A stretch of 52,184 nt of DNA from a virus. Its lineage: Duplodnaviria; Caudoviricetes. The notes under the pieces were generated by a model, which saw only the letters and a program-made list of their open reading frames with translations, was not told the origin of the DNA and did not search any database. Positions 21,001-28,165 of this stretch are shown piece after piece; position 1 is the first letter of the stretch; every line of letters begins with the position of its first letter. The stretch covers positions 1 to 52,184 of IMG/VR virus record IMGVR_UViG_3300044858_004443; one strand, 5' to 3'. The position numbers and the translations under genes were made by a program.

Positions 21001-21512
21001 TTAGAGATGTCATTCCTGAGCTGCCGCAAGTTAAATACAATGGTGGAAAAATTGGCTCTTACATGAAGGGCGGTATGGCATATGGCTCTTACATGAAGGG
21101 CGGTATGGCATATGGATACGGCGGGATGACAGCAGGGTTCGCACAGCAGGCTGTGCCGGCAATTCTGCATGGCGGTGAATATATAATTAATCACAAAGCT
21201 GCGCAGAGAATTGGAACAGACACTCTTGATGCATTAAACAATTTGCGCTTGTCAAAGCCAAGATACCCAAGAATGCCATCGATTCCAGGCATTTCAATGC
21301 CAAATGTTAGAATCGATAATTCTACACAAGCTCCTGTTGGATCTTCAACATCAAATGTTAATATTTATGTTGATAACTTTATTGGCGAGCCAGAATGGTT
21401 TAATTCAATGATGAAAGATTATAATATGAAAGTTGCTCCAAGAAATCAAAAAGCAGCCGGTTTGGAAAATAGAGTGATAACAACCTACAATGGTCTTAAT
21501 AGAGGCATGTAA
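9021..21512 (+). CDS. Tape measure protein (4163 aa)
   Basis: Follows the TAC genes; N-terminal TP901-like core (NLVENKTSLSLKDLADAFP...GLSMTESAALLAPM..G.Q.GASANSIK); 11/40-aa aromatic repeats; C-terminal GG..VPAILHGGEYIIN..AA..IG motif. Confidence 0.9.
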   Translation: MSDTPTPYGDIKFTVTADTSEAAILRQSLAQVSAQINNTVSTVNKLASTQAMLQRITAGTGNSTKVLTGLIAANNKAQVLNNKIISDAVRHHAALTKEIDRLGTSSPKATAALNAQANAMQRLTTSSRELTRALQATSIQQWANRAKGSLTQMNMSILRTTAQTLAFTRALRTAFFSFADLEQESARVTKLMVDNFGSGEEAIRLASEQTKELGKLLDQVTRKFGTSRVLVQSLAGDFAELGIGDIQGLKDLVELTTTVEKLGNVDIEQSQRFVESMLQNILRVKREQYAARGLSLDLTDPKQFSNIIAELRGQLAEFNLVENKTSLSLKDLADAFPEVSAAATTFGLSMTESAALLAPMVASGFQVGASANSIKVSLQRMVAMTKQNSVILGELNQALGPDFDYSAGVSMENIQKLTDGFNNLLSIKGEQGTLELFARLFGVRQGPRMETSFRQLAVFQKALGEMGTTEARIAEVIQKNVNARLKSAGFAETEQIQVKKMVDISNLHRKATENINGQYTKRAKIIREGQKLAFDELTKIYGTTGDESKDFLSKIGTESGKILMSSAFRIEDVAQKQLETELQIGLDTTITKFRIMKEEILAIGRVIVTAFKPLIEFFTPIIQKIRDFVENLGPLGKKAISFGVIFLGLIPSIKLLTVSFRWFFTGALSSIARLATGFGKLGSRIIDVTELVDRGAGALKNWQKATSLPGTTKVLLSGRKRGAITDVSGLDPSAQQVLQQGSTPTSADLKNIFKRAIGLPVGGDALTGLDAAIKAVDATAETAADAADAAATTAKSVSDGVSEALKAGFKGTVFTSNRFMGNTFTGGPGGGGTGRGPRTPGSPRTPTDTRPTYGPPAPGPVYGPAMPPPDTRPTYGPSLPSDARPIYGPSLPPSVTGTSKIPAGGFRVPTTPVLPSIPGPEPVKKAAKAAKKAVKETIDTAAASVATATATVGAAVADVSSTVASVAAGAAETVSEGVSSAVSATKTVASGSKVTKAAAQMTTLKVSEIVSVYDKLGVALPDEYQFLRSLDKEWQVATKTKQKVLKDIAAQAKGGDLTNLGGPLGRIERIGKSEVIFTSPESKRSLKPTSKQIAERALRPDVMVPFGQDEIVSDLLEERLKRVPKVGSTIPAKAKPLAGVIENLKIRGKKIQENINQLAETGMKAAERAAAQADSVLKYGATETKLLADEFKGLTLTPKDTAAGVIEVEREVRVLSEYEKAVEEARIAQKEFEDLTSSASQQDVQRLANKAKATREKVVKLEKTKRNVVRTATKFDIVPAAPVSQELQNFRDITSRKLQLLGPQRTLLPKGVNTQEQVSKALASAVAQEKILLPKGGINQNLKLIAGYRALMVEKIEAINKAIDSGDDVIVKNLKQIGYKSKQEIAKMTSKTSKTQAAAQNRELIRKLAAKSVRLDELDPESPAYDPNAGRRLFTKGMADKVANERIVQQSDSQILNRISPTTDKAKASIIAERNAARTRNAAKEADILNKTINQMTSDYTVEAQQSRSKAVTAFKKTRNALIKKFGSIEAAEVALSNAVNAELAVQKGALSAPTAAVKKTVSRTTSIVASGTAAVKETVDTVARTASSVPFILKDSLGGFRMFHSAASEAVSSSVVASTKTIGSEISRLLDDVIVRALPAGFDPAKAKVMRSVIAEVLAKTPITAASAATPAAQSFMSHVLGGMGDDIARVINSLAPDITSAISAGGISAKGGIVQTAKARAVGSFNKLKSLTTAKILGDLGMLRTGIEAAVFDAVAAAGYAIESTTSSIGEAIRAGTYTEAMIPGYLDELTAKREKRSARAVESGSAGAAAAAEARGEPISRGEKNAARRRKRALERLVKEGRAPDLEAAGSLYDKALAGGKEELDKLLPKTKASVGSAVKEAVGDAAEAAKETASEAVEAVGEKLDEAVKTVSDATTGAIDDATKAVKDKVRAPSTKGMKVEDMGRAELVREKGRLQSAIKKAPLDISVLDEEITKKKALIDAMDPASKGLKTNARIIAEHTALVEKRNALSAKLASSEARLTEVNKRLAETKTAEAASSKKAKPAAAAAAAGAAPTGAPRAPRIPTAAAPAASVAAVTSSAVVEKLDEVIIEFDRSLANFFKGPNFFQGPNYFAGPITAMPNAKFKDVKKRFSDLTDDEKKKVLSGHTKRADEAKARILARKAGATGAGTVDDAAAAASGATAATAAKAGLLRKSLSGLGGLMGSGLVRGAQIGKAALQGMFGIVGKSASEFWKMSAAFINMYTTAISSASSSSRLASISAMIGAKAIAVVGKAAAITDKAIKKLAGSFLALGRTIATTTNAELTRFFASLQKSKILKAWGFLLFTGMLPLIKGFKVLTIGAVKFITTMKFSALIGGFQQLYQTVLRTALSFAALAIKLNAAMLMIAPILILVFSIISKVKRGISGLSPAMDNFKAAWVAIKDAIYILAAPLENLIASFGGIGAQGDSVKRTAGVIWLISKGVRAAAEAFQRFAAGPGLKYMKSAVVPIITRIVNRFILLGRAISAAFGGRSGEAAKNFKGFLYSMLYEAVAFIGKFISLIASALEMFAPTLAKIIDAIVAATITAFRKIMNFAKEVMLLLGSIITVIGGISGQIGIALGGAAIVAGGVGIGLLDIKLKEFEESAKSGGLGAGKAIANGITSGAKKAARGMETLKTLVGEKYGDLMGVGINTALASRIAKDMPKDVKNKIIRSADDARAGGESLGQEIAKGIKKGLTDLKSEFTDKFFGKADSEIDKFVEKLKDGLNEQKDKALEAFDNQIEAIEALGEAEERLTATVEYEEKRREMIRERALDRENYLRERKVAAYEGRAEDVRSLDLTFRKSSVEKDKEIKDFDLDRVKTLQAQNREDAVKVINKQKEQLIKEYDKMFKDFDQRIEDIKVRGFSNEQEFVQMFGNLQNAASVFSDDLSSTFMKAMESLPNAIRESTDPSIGMFSTSMDKMVQEAKRTFGIGVTSASSESILGAAYFLAKGMPGAFRQAFDSGIVSQFVTPFSTKVKNELNNTVPANLWVKSAGVAMVEMVNEMKRKLVSLKGTLYDDFKKLFSEIPVADLSTIFGDMFKDLDSEALKDYFANLFPTAEELKAKIITIETVRSKDGSGGGEAPKASPGFTPSELGPTDVDYSKYKDYVERMAELREKAAEPAQSEKQDPKQSFFGKFKDIIVGIADYLGPVKTAILGALGVVAGAGAAIPIWTGIKVAAVAIGTAVGGLPILIGTVIGVLIYLYARFKSVRDIVNGIAMEIRDGLVAAFNFLKDIGVKAFDEIKIAFSKLWDGFTGVALPKIGEIWNGFIIGFTIAFDWLKEQIGRRVSVLIDIIKALIDPLKDYWKTFFKASFDLIKSYFENVSNIIVELFATLKVIFEPIIKIIVGVFIIITEAITILWEKLKTPIITIATFIIKTFTFLLPIFSSIGSFIFDVIGGAIVGLLKIIKFVFEGLYKSIGTVVNVAVGIAKAIFNVLNAIWTNPVVKWIRDFLFRVLMLGIFIVASLLEAFAKTIFNAFKTVFNIFKNIATFIYNTLKPGLELIWNVVKFVFTPVISIIKVVIDIVKSLYDEFGFLGLALTPFLAVLELIRRIFMIVWNVAKSVFKGIYSLIESAIVIIKIVASAIWDGLGKVWGLISPIVNAFWDGITTAAGFVWDLLKTMGSSILDVLGSVWDVIGSVATKFWDGIKIAAQTVWDFLKTVGTGIWNAIGWVWDMIAAASQKFWDLIVAGWGLVGPIFEQLWEWLWNGINYAWDTLKQTLQFYWDLFKEMWGWVEPVLSQLWEWLWNGIKWAWDQLVEVVQFYWDLFKQMWGWIEPVLSQLWDWLWTGIKFAWDKITDAVQFMWEGVKVMWSWIQPVLNTLWDLLWNGIKLAWDGITTAVQFVWDKIKAMWDAVYPILKTMLEWIKDKIGAAVDGVKGAWNGLKDAVSNTFNWFKDKFSSIGGFIREGIGGAVDWVSDKLGNIPNLFKGALNAIIRGVNNVTGFSFTMPDWLKYVPGLGGVAGKTYSFRDVIPELPQVKYNGGKIGSYMKGGMAYGSYMKGGMAYGYGGMTAGFAQQAVPAILHGGEYIINHKAAQRIGTDTLDALNNLRLSKPRYPRMPSIPGISMPNVRIDNSTQAPVGSSTSNVNIYVDNFIGEPEWFNSMMKDYNMKVAPRNQKAAGLENRVITTYNGLNRGM
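11530..11700 (+). repeat. Pro-rich PRTP / DTRPTYGP repeats in the TMP
   Basis: gatacaagaccaacatatggtcc at 11562 and 11628, with a variant at 11664. Confidence 0.85.
20199..20700 (+). repeat. 120-bp (40-aa) Trp-rich tandem repeats in the TMP
   Basis: LWEWLWNGI...AWD...QFYWDLFK.MWGW.EPVLSQ units start at 20199, 20319, 20439 and 20559. Confidence 0.85.
21053..21115 (+). repeat. Perfect 30-bp tandem duplication in the TMP C-terminus
   Basis: tggctcttacatgaagggcggtatggcata x2, encoding GSYMKGGMAY twice. Confidence 0.95.
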
Positions 21513-21907
21513 TGACAATACAGAAACTATTGACTATTAATTCAACAGAGATAACGGAGCACAATAGAAAAATATCTGTTAGCGAACAAATTGCTGCTAA
21601 TGATATTGATTTAGCATCTGGGCATAGAAGGAGATATTATTCAAGAAATAAAAAGCAGTTTAGTCTGTCTTGGTCATATCTGCCAAGCCTGCAGGCTCAA
21701 ACTGCTGATGGTCGAGTTGGAAGGGATTTTTTAAACACTATAGCAAATAGCTCCGCTGCAGTCGTGGTGGGAATAGAACTCGAGCCAAGCGCTGGTTTAA
21801 CTTCCTATGATTGCTATATTGACTCCTATAGTGAAACTTTAATAAGGAGAGAGTATTCAACTCAATGCGCTTATTATGATGTTTCCTTAACGTTGACGGA
21901 GAGATAG
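21512..21907 (+). CDS. Minor tail protein, distal-tail (Dit)-like
   Basis: First gene after the TMP; HNR..SV.........ASG..RRY....K..FSLSWSYLPS...T.DG motif. Confidence 0.65.
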   Translation: MTIQKLLTINSTEITEHNRKISVSEQIAANDIDLASGHRRRYYSRNKKQFSLSWSYLPSLQAQTADGRVGRDFLNTIANSSAAVVVGIELEPSAGLTSYDCYIDSYSETLIRREYSTQCAYYDVSLTLTER

Positions 21908-21908
21908 T

Positions 21909-22979
21909 ATGGAGCTTGGATTCTATTCATTTTCTGAACCATTTAAGCAAGGAATAGATTTTTATACTGTTGATGAAGCAACAACAATACAGGCTTCACT
22001 GTCAGGTGACGCTACACTATCAGTTAATTTTACAATGCAAATACGATCCTCAACAAGTGTTGAGAGTAATGCTTCAATAACTGCAACAAAAATTGCATAT
22101 GCTCAATCTTCTATAGTGATTGATGGCGTTACCTTAACGCTTGGAACAGGAATAAAGCCAGCTGCTGTTTTGATTGAAAATTCCTCATCAATGACAGTAT
22201 CTGCTCAAAAAATCGCTTTTGCTGCGGTGTCGATTACTTCAGCATCAAATCTTTCTGCCTCAGCACAAGAAATATTAAATGCTACAGTATCTATTGCATC
22301 ATCCTCAAATGCAAATGCAACTATAATTAAACAAGCATTTGCAAGTGTATTGATAAACTCTACTTCTAATGTTTCAGCTCAATCAAAACTTATAAAGAAT
22401 ATAAGTGCTTCATTAAATGGAAATATAAATCTAACTGTTGCTGGTGATTTAGTATTAATCACAATAAGAATAGTTATAAATAATTTAGGTAGCGTTGCTG
22501 CCCAGGCAATTAAATTCTCTAATACATCTATATCTTCAGGCTCTCCATTAGATATTGGCGGGATAAGGACATTCTTGTTATTAGATGATAAACCATTAAC
22601 AAATCACAACAGGAAGTTTGATGTTTCTGTGGAGCCGATCTTTACAGAAAATGTTAATTGGAATAATAGAAAATCTAGATATTATAAATCTACATCGAGA
22701 GGTGCAAGAAAGACTTTTAATTTATCATGGTCATATGTTCCAAATACGCAAACTCACACTGTGGATGGTAAAAGAGGGCGTGATTATATAAGAGAGATAG
22801 CTGGAAAGCCTCAATACCACGTTTTAAAAGTTATAAATTTAGATGAAAATGGCAACACTCCACCTACAGAAACAAGTTATAATGTATTAGTGAAAGATTA
22901 TAGCGAGACTCTGGTGAGAAGGGATATATCTGAAGAGGTGTATTTTTGGGATTGCTCTATAAGTCTAGAAGAGGTTTAA
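21909..22979 (+). CDS. Minor tail protein: 20-aa beta repeats plus a C-terminal Dit-like domain
   Basis: The C-terminal ~130 aa align by eye with 21512..21907; four 20-aa repeats lie at 22161-22400. Confidence 0.65.
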   Translation: MELGFYSFSEPFKQGIDFYTVDEATTIQASLSGDATLSVNFTMQIRSSTSVESNASITATKIAYAQSSIVIDGVTLTLGTGIKPAAVLIENSSSMTVSAQKIAFAAVSITSASNLSASAQEILNATVSIASSSNANATIIKQAFASVLINSTSNVSAQSKLIKNISASLNGNINLTVAGDLVLITIRIVINNLGSVAAQAIKFSNTSISSGSPLDIGGIRTFLLLDDKPLTNHNRKFDVSVEPIFTENVNWNNRKSRYYKSTSRGARKTFNLSWSYVPNTQTHTVDGKRGRDYIREIAGKPQYHVLKVINLDENGNTPPTETSYNVLVKDYSETLVRRDISEEVYFWDCSISLEEV

Positions 22980-25900
22980 ATGCTTACTAAAGGTAGATAC
23001 GATGTAGATATATCATCATCTTTCAATAACGCTATATCTTCAATATCACAAAGAGTAAAACCTCTCATTTTAATAGACTGGCTAGATAGTCGTCATATTA
23101 ATAAATCCGGCAATACGGAAATAGCATCAAGCAACTACACCAATTCTGCAAAAACAAATCAAAATATAATAGATAATGCAGCTGGGCTACTTGCTTCCGG
23201 CAGATCTTTATCGGATAAAGAAATTTTATTTAATAAATCAAGAAATAGAGATTTTTATTTTATACCAAATGAATCTGTTAACGGAATAGAAAGGCAGTCA
23301 TTTACATGGGCTGTTTGCGATGCTAAAGATACAAATGGAAATGTTATTACTGCTAATGGTCAATGGCATTGTATGCCAACAACAAAAGATGAGCATTACG
23401 AGTTTGGATATGAGTCGTCAGTTAAGAGTACAGCAAATACTCATGCAACATTAAATGGTTACGAATTGCAATCTCCGGTTGTCCTGACATATGTGTTTGA
23501 AGAAAGAAAAGTAAATTTAATAAAAATTATAACATCTGAATATAATGGTCAAATTTGTGCTTACAATATAAAAGCATATCATAATACAAATACTATTGTT
23601 TACAATCAAGATGGTGAGATTCCTATTGATTCATATTATTTTAATCATTATTTAGAATCAATTACAAATGATAATATTAATAAAATTTTATTAACAGTTT
23701 ATACAACAAAAAATCCAAATGATTATGTAAGAGTTAATGAAGTTGCTCCAATGTATAGGGTTGATATAACTGATTACATTATAAATTTTAATGTTTCTAA
23801 AGTTCGTGATGTGCACGAAACAAGTTTGCCAATTGCCGGTGGTGGTAGTAATACTGCATCATTGACACTAGATAACGCAAATAAAGATTTTAATTTGTTT
23901 AACTCAGCATCTCTATATGGAAAGTATATGAAAAAAGATTTACGCTGCTTTGTGTATGCAGGATGGGAGAGGGAGTCATACGATAGTGATCAAATTATTA
24001 CATCATTATCTTCAAATATTACAGCAGTAAGTAACACGATAAATGTCTTTAATATTAATGACTTCCCATCCGGGGGTTCCGGAGATGACTATGTTATCAC
24101 CATCAATCCAGGAAATATCAATCAAGAAAAAGTATTGGCAAGAAAGGGCTCTGGTAATTCTTTTTCTGCAATAGCAAGAGGTATCGGGGATACAAAGGCA
24201 AGAAGTCATAATACTGGCGCATCTGTCGTATACGATATATTTGAGTATGTTCCATTTGGAACATTTTATATTGATGAATGGCAGGCTACATCTTCCAGCA
24301 TGACTGTTTCTGCAAATTTAACTGGATGGTCTAAGTTTGGTCAAGATAAAGTGATAACTAAAGGATTTTTGCTTCAAGAAACAACAGTGGCGGAAGCTGT
24401 AGAGCACTTGCTATTAATGACAAATTTTCCTAGAAAAGATATAGATTATTTAATTAATCCTGATAAGTTTTATTTAAAAAACAATTCAGTTATGCATCTC
24501 AATTTTAATGAAAAAAATGTAGATAGATCAAATAATGCTCGAACAGCTTCTTCATCACTTAGGGCTAGATTGTATGCAGTCCCGGAGGGTGGTAATGCAC
24601 GTGATATTAGATTAGATGTTTTAGATAAATACCTTTCTACATATGAAAAAGCACTAGATATAAGGACATCAGTTGCTCCATCAAAAGTAACGGCATCAAA
24701 AGAGATATCAGATCAATCAGGGGAGAGCAAAGCTGTGAATTGGGTGTCGGGTCAATTTATTGCTAATGATGGAAGCACTGTTGATAGTTTTTTCAATGGT
24801 GTTTTTGATGGTTACTATATACCATCAAATACTGGAAATCAACGATTAATAGCCGGCATAAATAAAGGCGGGATCAGGGTTTATTTAAATGATGTAAAAA
24901 TTATAGATGAATGGAGATTTGTTGATTCTGGCACCAATACACCAGAATCTTTTTCTTCTGATTTATATGATTTAACAGCAGGTAAAGTCTATTCTCTAAG
25001 GATAGAGTTTTTTGCAGAGCATAAAATACAAAATGAGCCTTTTAAGATTTTTCTTAAGAAAGAATACGATTCATATTTAGATTGGGTATACAGTCATGAA
25101 TGTTATACAATGGTTGCTAATGATAGTTATGGGAATAGAACTTCAGATTCATATCTAACATTCTCTGCTAATAGCTGGACACCAACTGCTAATGTAAATG
25201 TCATAGAGAGATCCGGTCGGCAAAATAACGGTATTTTATTAGCTAACGTTAAAATATCAGAACAATCTGGTATTGTTTCTGATCTGGATAGTCGATCTGT
25301 ATTGCTTGAATCAAATGCTTATATAAGAATTCCTTATCATCAATCATTTGATATTTTTAATTCTAATAGTATTTCATATACTGGAGATTTTACTATTGAG
25401 ATTTATGCAAAAATGCACAATGGTGCATTCTCTGCAAATGGTGAATATATAAGTTGTTTTAACAATTCCTCTCCATCTAATGGTTTTGAATTTTATTCAA
25501 ACTCTTCATCTAATGGTTTTAAAATGGTTACTTCAAATGGTGTGCAAACAGTATCATCAAATATTGCACTATCAAATAACAGTTTTAGTTTAATAACAGC
25601 TACATATTCAGATAATACTCTTAAGTATTTTATCAATGGTGATTTAAAAAATACTGTTACAACAACTGGAACACTTGTTCCATTTTCTAATAAAGATATC
25701 ACTATTGGCGGCAGAGGTGCTTCCTTTACAGCAGAAACAGAAATTGACTTTGCTATAGAAAATGCTCCAATTACAATTAGATCTTTTTATATAGATGAGT
25801 TTGCAATTTCAAATATAAAATTTGATGATGAGATGGTTAAAGATAGTTATGTTCAAACGCAAATGCAACCAATTCAAGTTATGCCTTTTATATATGGCAA

Positions 25901-26996
25901 TGACCAATCTATAACTCAAGTGATAGATGAAATAAGTTTGGCTGATTTTGGCAGACTTTATTTTGATGAATTTAATAAGGCAAGATATGAGCATTTTAAT
26001 AGATTTTTTGAGTCCTCAATTGCTCAGCATGCAAATGTTCAATATACATTATCTGATTCTTCAAATATACTTGATGCAAGTTATAATGTTCAATTACAAA
26101 CAAATAAAGTTACAGTAAAGACACAAGGTGTTACAAATAACATAATTAGTAAACAAGGTCTGTGGAGAGCTGAAGATCCAACAAGCCTCGCTGTTGTAAG
26201 TTTGACAAGCTCAATGAGCAATTCTGATTTAAGCATGAATGTTACTTCAACGAATGATCCATTTTTTCCAAAAACTGGTTACATTATGATTGATAATGAA
26301 ATTGTTAAATATGGTAACACAACAAGCAATTCTTTTCTCTCACTAGAAAGAGCACAATTTGATACAGTTGCGGCTTCACATAATACAAATACAATTGTTA
26401 GAGAAGTAAAGGTTTATGATAGATTAAACTTTGATAAATCACCGGCTTATATGATTGAACAGCCATTGATTACAAATATAACCACCGTAAAGCCGGCGAG
26501 GTTGGAGTTAGTTAAATACAATCCAAGCCCATATGGTGCCGTATTAATTATCGCAGCGTCAAATAATAATGTTGCTGGAGATATCATTTATCTAGAAGGT
26601 GAAAATCCGTTGAATGGGGAAAAGCATTTTACTTCCATTGCAGGAATACCAGTGATAATAACAGATAATAAAGGTGATGTTAAAGAGCAAAAAGTTACAT
26701 TAGATGATAATATAAGAAGGTATGGTCTTAAGGAAATAATTATAGAAAATCAATTTATAACCAATTTAGATCATGCTACACGGCTTGCTAATTTTATAAT
26801 AAATAAAATGAGTGACCCCGTTCCTATTCTTAATTTAAATATATTAACAATTCCAAAACTTCAATTAGGTGATAGAATAAGAATATCAACTATGGATTCT
26901 TTTGATATAATTAATGGTGACTATTGGCTGATAAGTTCTGAGTTTTCATATGATAAGAGCTTGTCTCAATCTGTTGTTTTGAGAAAGGTAATCTAA
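22980..26996 (+). CDS. Large minor tail / hub protein with PA14-like and LamG (ConA-like) domains
   Basis: PA14 pattern FNGVFDGYYIP..TG.....GIRVYLND..IID.W...LTAGKVY.LRIEF; LamG pattern FTIEIYAK...ITATY....LKYFING....ITIGG...IDEFAI; C-terminal PKLQLGDRIRI motif typical of Tal/hub proteins. Confidence 0.75.
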   Translation: MLTKGRYDVDISSSFNNAISSISQRVKPLILIDWLDSRHINKSGNTEIASSNYTNSAKTNQNIIDNAAGLLASGRSLSDKEILFNKSRNRDFYFIPNESVNGIERQSFTWAVCDAKDTNGNVITANGQWHCMPTTKDEHYEFGYESSVKSTANTHATLNGYELQSPVVLTYVFEERKVNLIKIITSEYNGQICAYNIKAYHNTNTIVYNQDGEIPIDSYYFNHYLESITNDNINKILLTVYTTKNPNDYVRVNEVAPMYRVDITDYIINFNVSKVRDVHETSLPIAGGGSNTASLTLDNANKDFNLFNSASLYGKYMKKDLRCFVYAGWERESYDSDQIITSLSSNITAVSNTINVFNINDFPSGGSGDDYVITINPGNINQEKVLARKGSGNSFSAIARGIGDTKARSHNTGASVVYDIFEYVPFGTFYIDEWQATSSSMTVSANLTGWSKFGQDKVITKGFLLQETTVAEAVEHLLLMTNFPRKDIDYLINPDKFYLKNNSVMHLNFNEKNVDRSNNARTASSSLRARLYAVPEGGNARDIRLDVLDKYLSTYEKALDIRTSVAPSKVTASKEISDQSGESKAVNWVSGQFIANDGSTVDSFFNGVFDGYYIPSNTGNQRLIAGINKGGIRVYLNDVKIIDEWRFVDSGTNTPESFSSDLYDLTAGKVYSLRIEFFAEHKIQNEPFKIFLKKEYDSYLDWVYSHECYTMVANDSYGNRTSDSYLTFSANSWTPTANVNVIERSGRQNNGILLANVKISEQSGIVSDLDSRSVLLESNAYIRIPYHQSFDIFNSNSISYTGDFTIEIYAKMHNGAFSANGEYISCFNNSSPSNGFEFYSNSSSNGFKMVTSNGVQTVSSNIALSNNSFSLITATYSDNTLKYFINGDLKNTVTTTGTLVPFSNKDITIGGRGASFTAETEIDFAIENAPITIRSFYIDEFAISNIKFDDEMVKDSYVQTQMQPIQVMPFIYGNDQSITQVIDEISLADFGRLYFDEFNKARYEHFNRFFESSIAQHANVQYTLSDSSNILDASYNVQLQTNKVTVKTQGVTNNIISKQGLWRAEDPTSLAVVSLTSSMSNSDLSMNVTSTNDPFFPKTGYIMIDNEIVKYGNTTSNSFLSLERAQFDTVAASHNTNTIVREVKVYDRLNFDKSPAYMIEQPLITNITTVKPARLELVKYNPSPYGAVLIIAASNNNVAGDIIYLEGENPLNGEKHFTSIAGIPVIITDNKGDVKEQKVTLDDNIRRYGLKEIIIENQFITNLDHATRLANFIINKMSDPVPILNLNILTIPKLQLGDRIRISTMDSFDIINGDYWLISSEFSYDKSLSQSVVLRKVI

Positions 26997-28129
26997 TGCG
27001 TAGAAGATCGAGCAGCGCTATATCAGAAAACTCAATAGTCTTTTTTGAAGGTGGTCACGATCATGATGGTGTTTCATCCTCGCTTATAGATACAGAACAA
27101 TATTCTATTTATGATTTTACGGTTGGCAAAACAGGTTCCAATGCTAGACAATTAAGGCAACAAAGAAATTTTGATAATTTAAAAACAGTAGTATCTAATA
27201 TAGTAATAAACGATGTGCTTGGTCCGTCTGGGGTTAGATTATTACCAAACTCTGTTCAATCTGTTCATATTGCAGCCGGGTCTGTTACTGCAAATGAATT
27301 GTCAGCAAATGTTGCTCTTATAAACAATATTATTAGAAGTAGCAATTTTGATGGCACAATTGCCGCTAATGGTGTTATAACAGCTGATGGCACTGCTGGC
27401 TGGGCAATCACTTGGTCTGGAGATGCTGTGTTTGATAGCACTGCAATCAGGGGTTCAATTCAAGCCGACAGTCTTTATATTAATAATTTAAACTATTGGA
27501 CATCTAATGGCACATTCTCAGTTGGCGCTGAAAACAACATTTTATTCTATAATGGTAATTCACTATCCCTTACTGGAACTGTTTTTGCTACAAGTGGTCA
27601 AATTGCTGGCTGGGAAATCAATGGTGATAATCTAAGAACTGGCGGTAGTTTTGCTGGGGCGATGGAGCTTGGTGAGTTTAATACCGCCCTGTATAATTCC
27701 GCTGGCATGGCTGGAGTTCTTATTGAAGGTCCGTATGATGCAAATGCTCAATATGCTTATGACAGCTATATGATCAATACTGAATTAGGAATGATCCTTA
27801 AAGACGGATTAGCAAACAACGCAGTTGTGCGCTCAACCATTATAAAAAGTTATGGGGTTCAATATTCTTATGGGTCTGAGTACTTTGAATTTTATTGGGA
27901 TCAAGCAAACACACAGCTTTACGCAGTTATTAATGGCGATTATTATTGCATATCTAACTGTGCTGACACCCCACCAGCTCCAGAGCCAGAACCGCCAGCA
28001 GTGGTCGTTGGAGTCGTTGTAGTAGGTACAGTAGTTGTTGGTGCAGAGCCACCGCCACCAGGACCAGTCTGTGATCCCGTCTGTCCTCCAGGTTTTACTT
28101 GCATTGCGGATAATATCTGTATTGGTTAA
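26996..28129 (+). CDS. Minor tail / tail-tip protein with a Pro- and Cys-rich C-terminus
   Basis: GHDHDG motif; beta-helix-like G.I.A.SG.IAGWEI repeats; ends in PPPPGPVCDPVCPPGFTCIADNICIG. Confidence 0.65.
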   Translation: MRRRSSSAISENSIVFFEGGHDHDGVSSSLIDTEQYSIYDFTVGKTGSNARQLRQQRNFDNLKTVVSNIVINDVLGPSGVRLLPNSVQSVHIAAGSVTANELSANVALINNIIRSSNFDGTIAANGVITADGTAGWAITWSGDAVFDSTAIRGSIQADSLYINNLNYWTSNGTFSVGAENNILFYNGNSLSLTGTVFATSGQIAGWEINGDNLRTGGSFAGAMELGEFNTALYNSAGMAGVLIEGPYDANAQYAYDSYMINTELGMILKDGLANNAVVRSTIIKSYGVQYSYGSEYFEFYWDQANTQLYAVINGDYYCISNCADTPPAPEPEPPAVVVGVVVVGTVVVGAEPPPPGPVCDPVCPPGFTCIADNICIG

Positions 28130-28136
28130 ATGGTTG

Positions 28137-28160
28137 TGTTATAATTATTAAAAAAGGAGA
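28137..28160 (+). promoter_or_regulatory. Extended -10 promoter and RBS
   Basis: TGT-TATAAT (28137-28145) followed by AAGGAG before GTG 28166. Confidence 0.55.
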
Positions 28161-28165
28161 TTGTC

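Noticed and set aside
26996-28129. Diversity-generating retroelement acting on tail proteins
   Set aside because: No reverse transcriptase and no adenine-specific TR/VR repeat pair were seen in the window.
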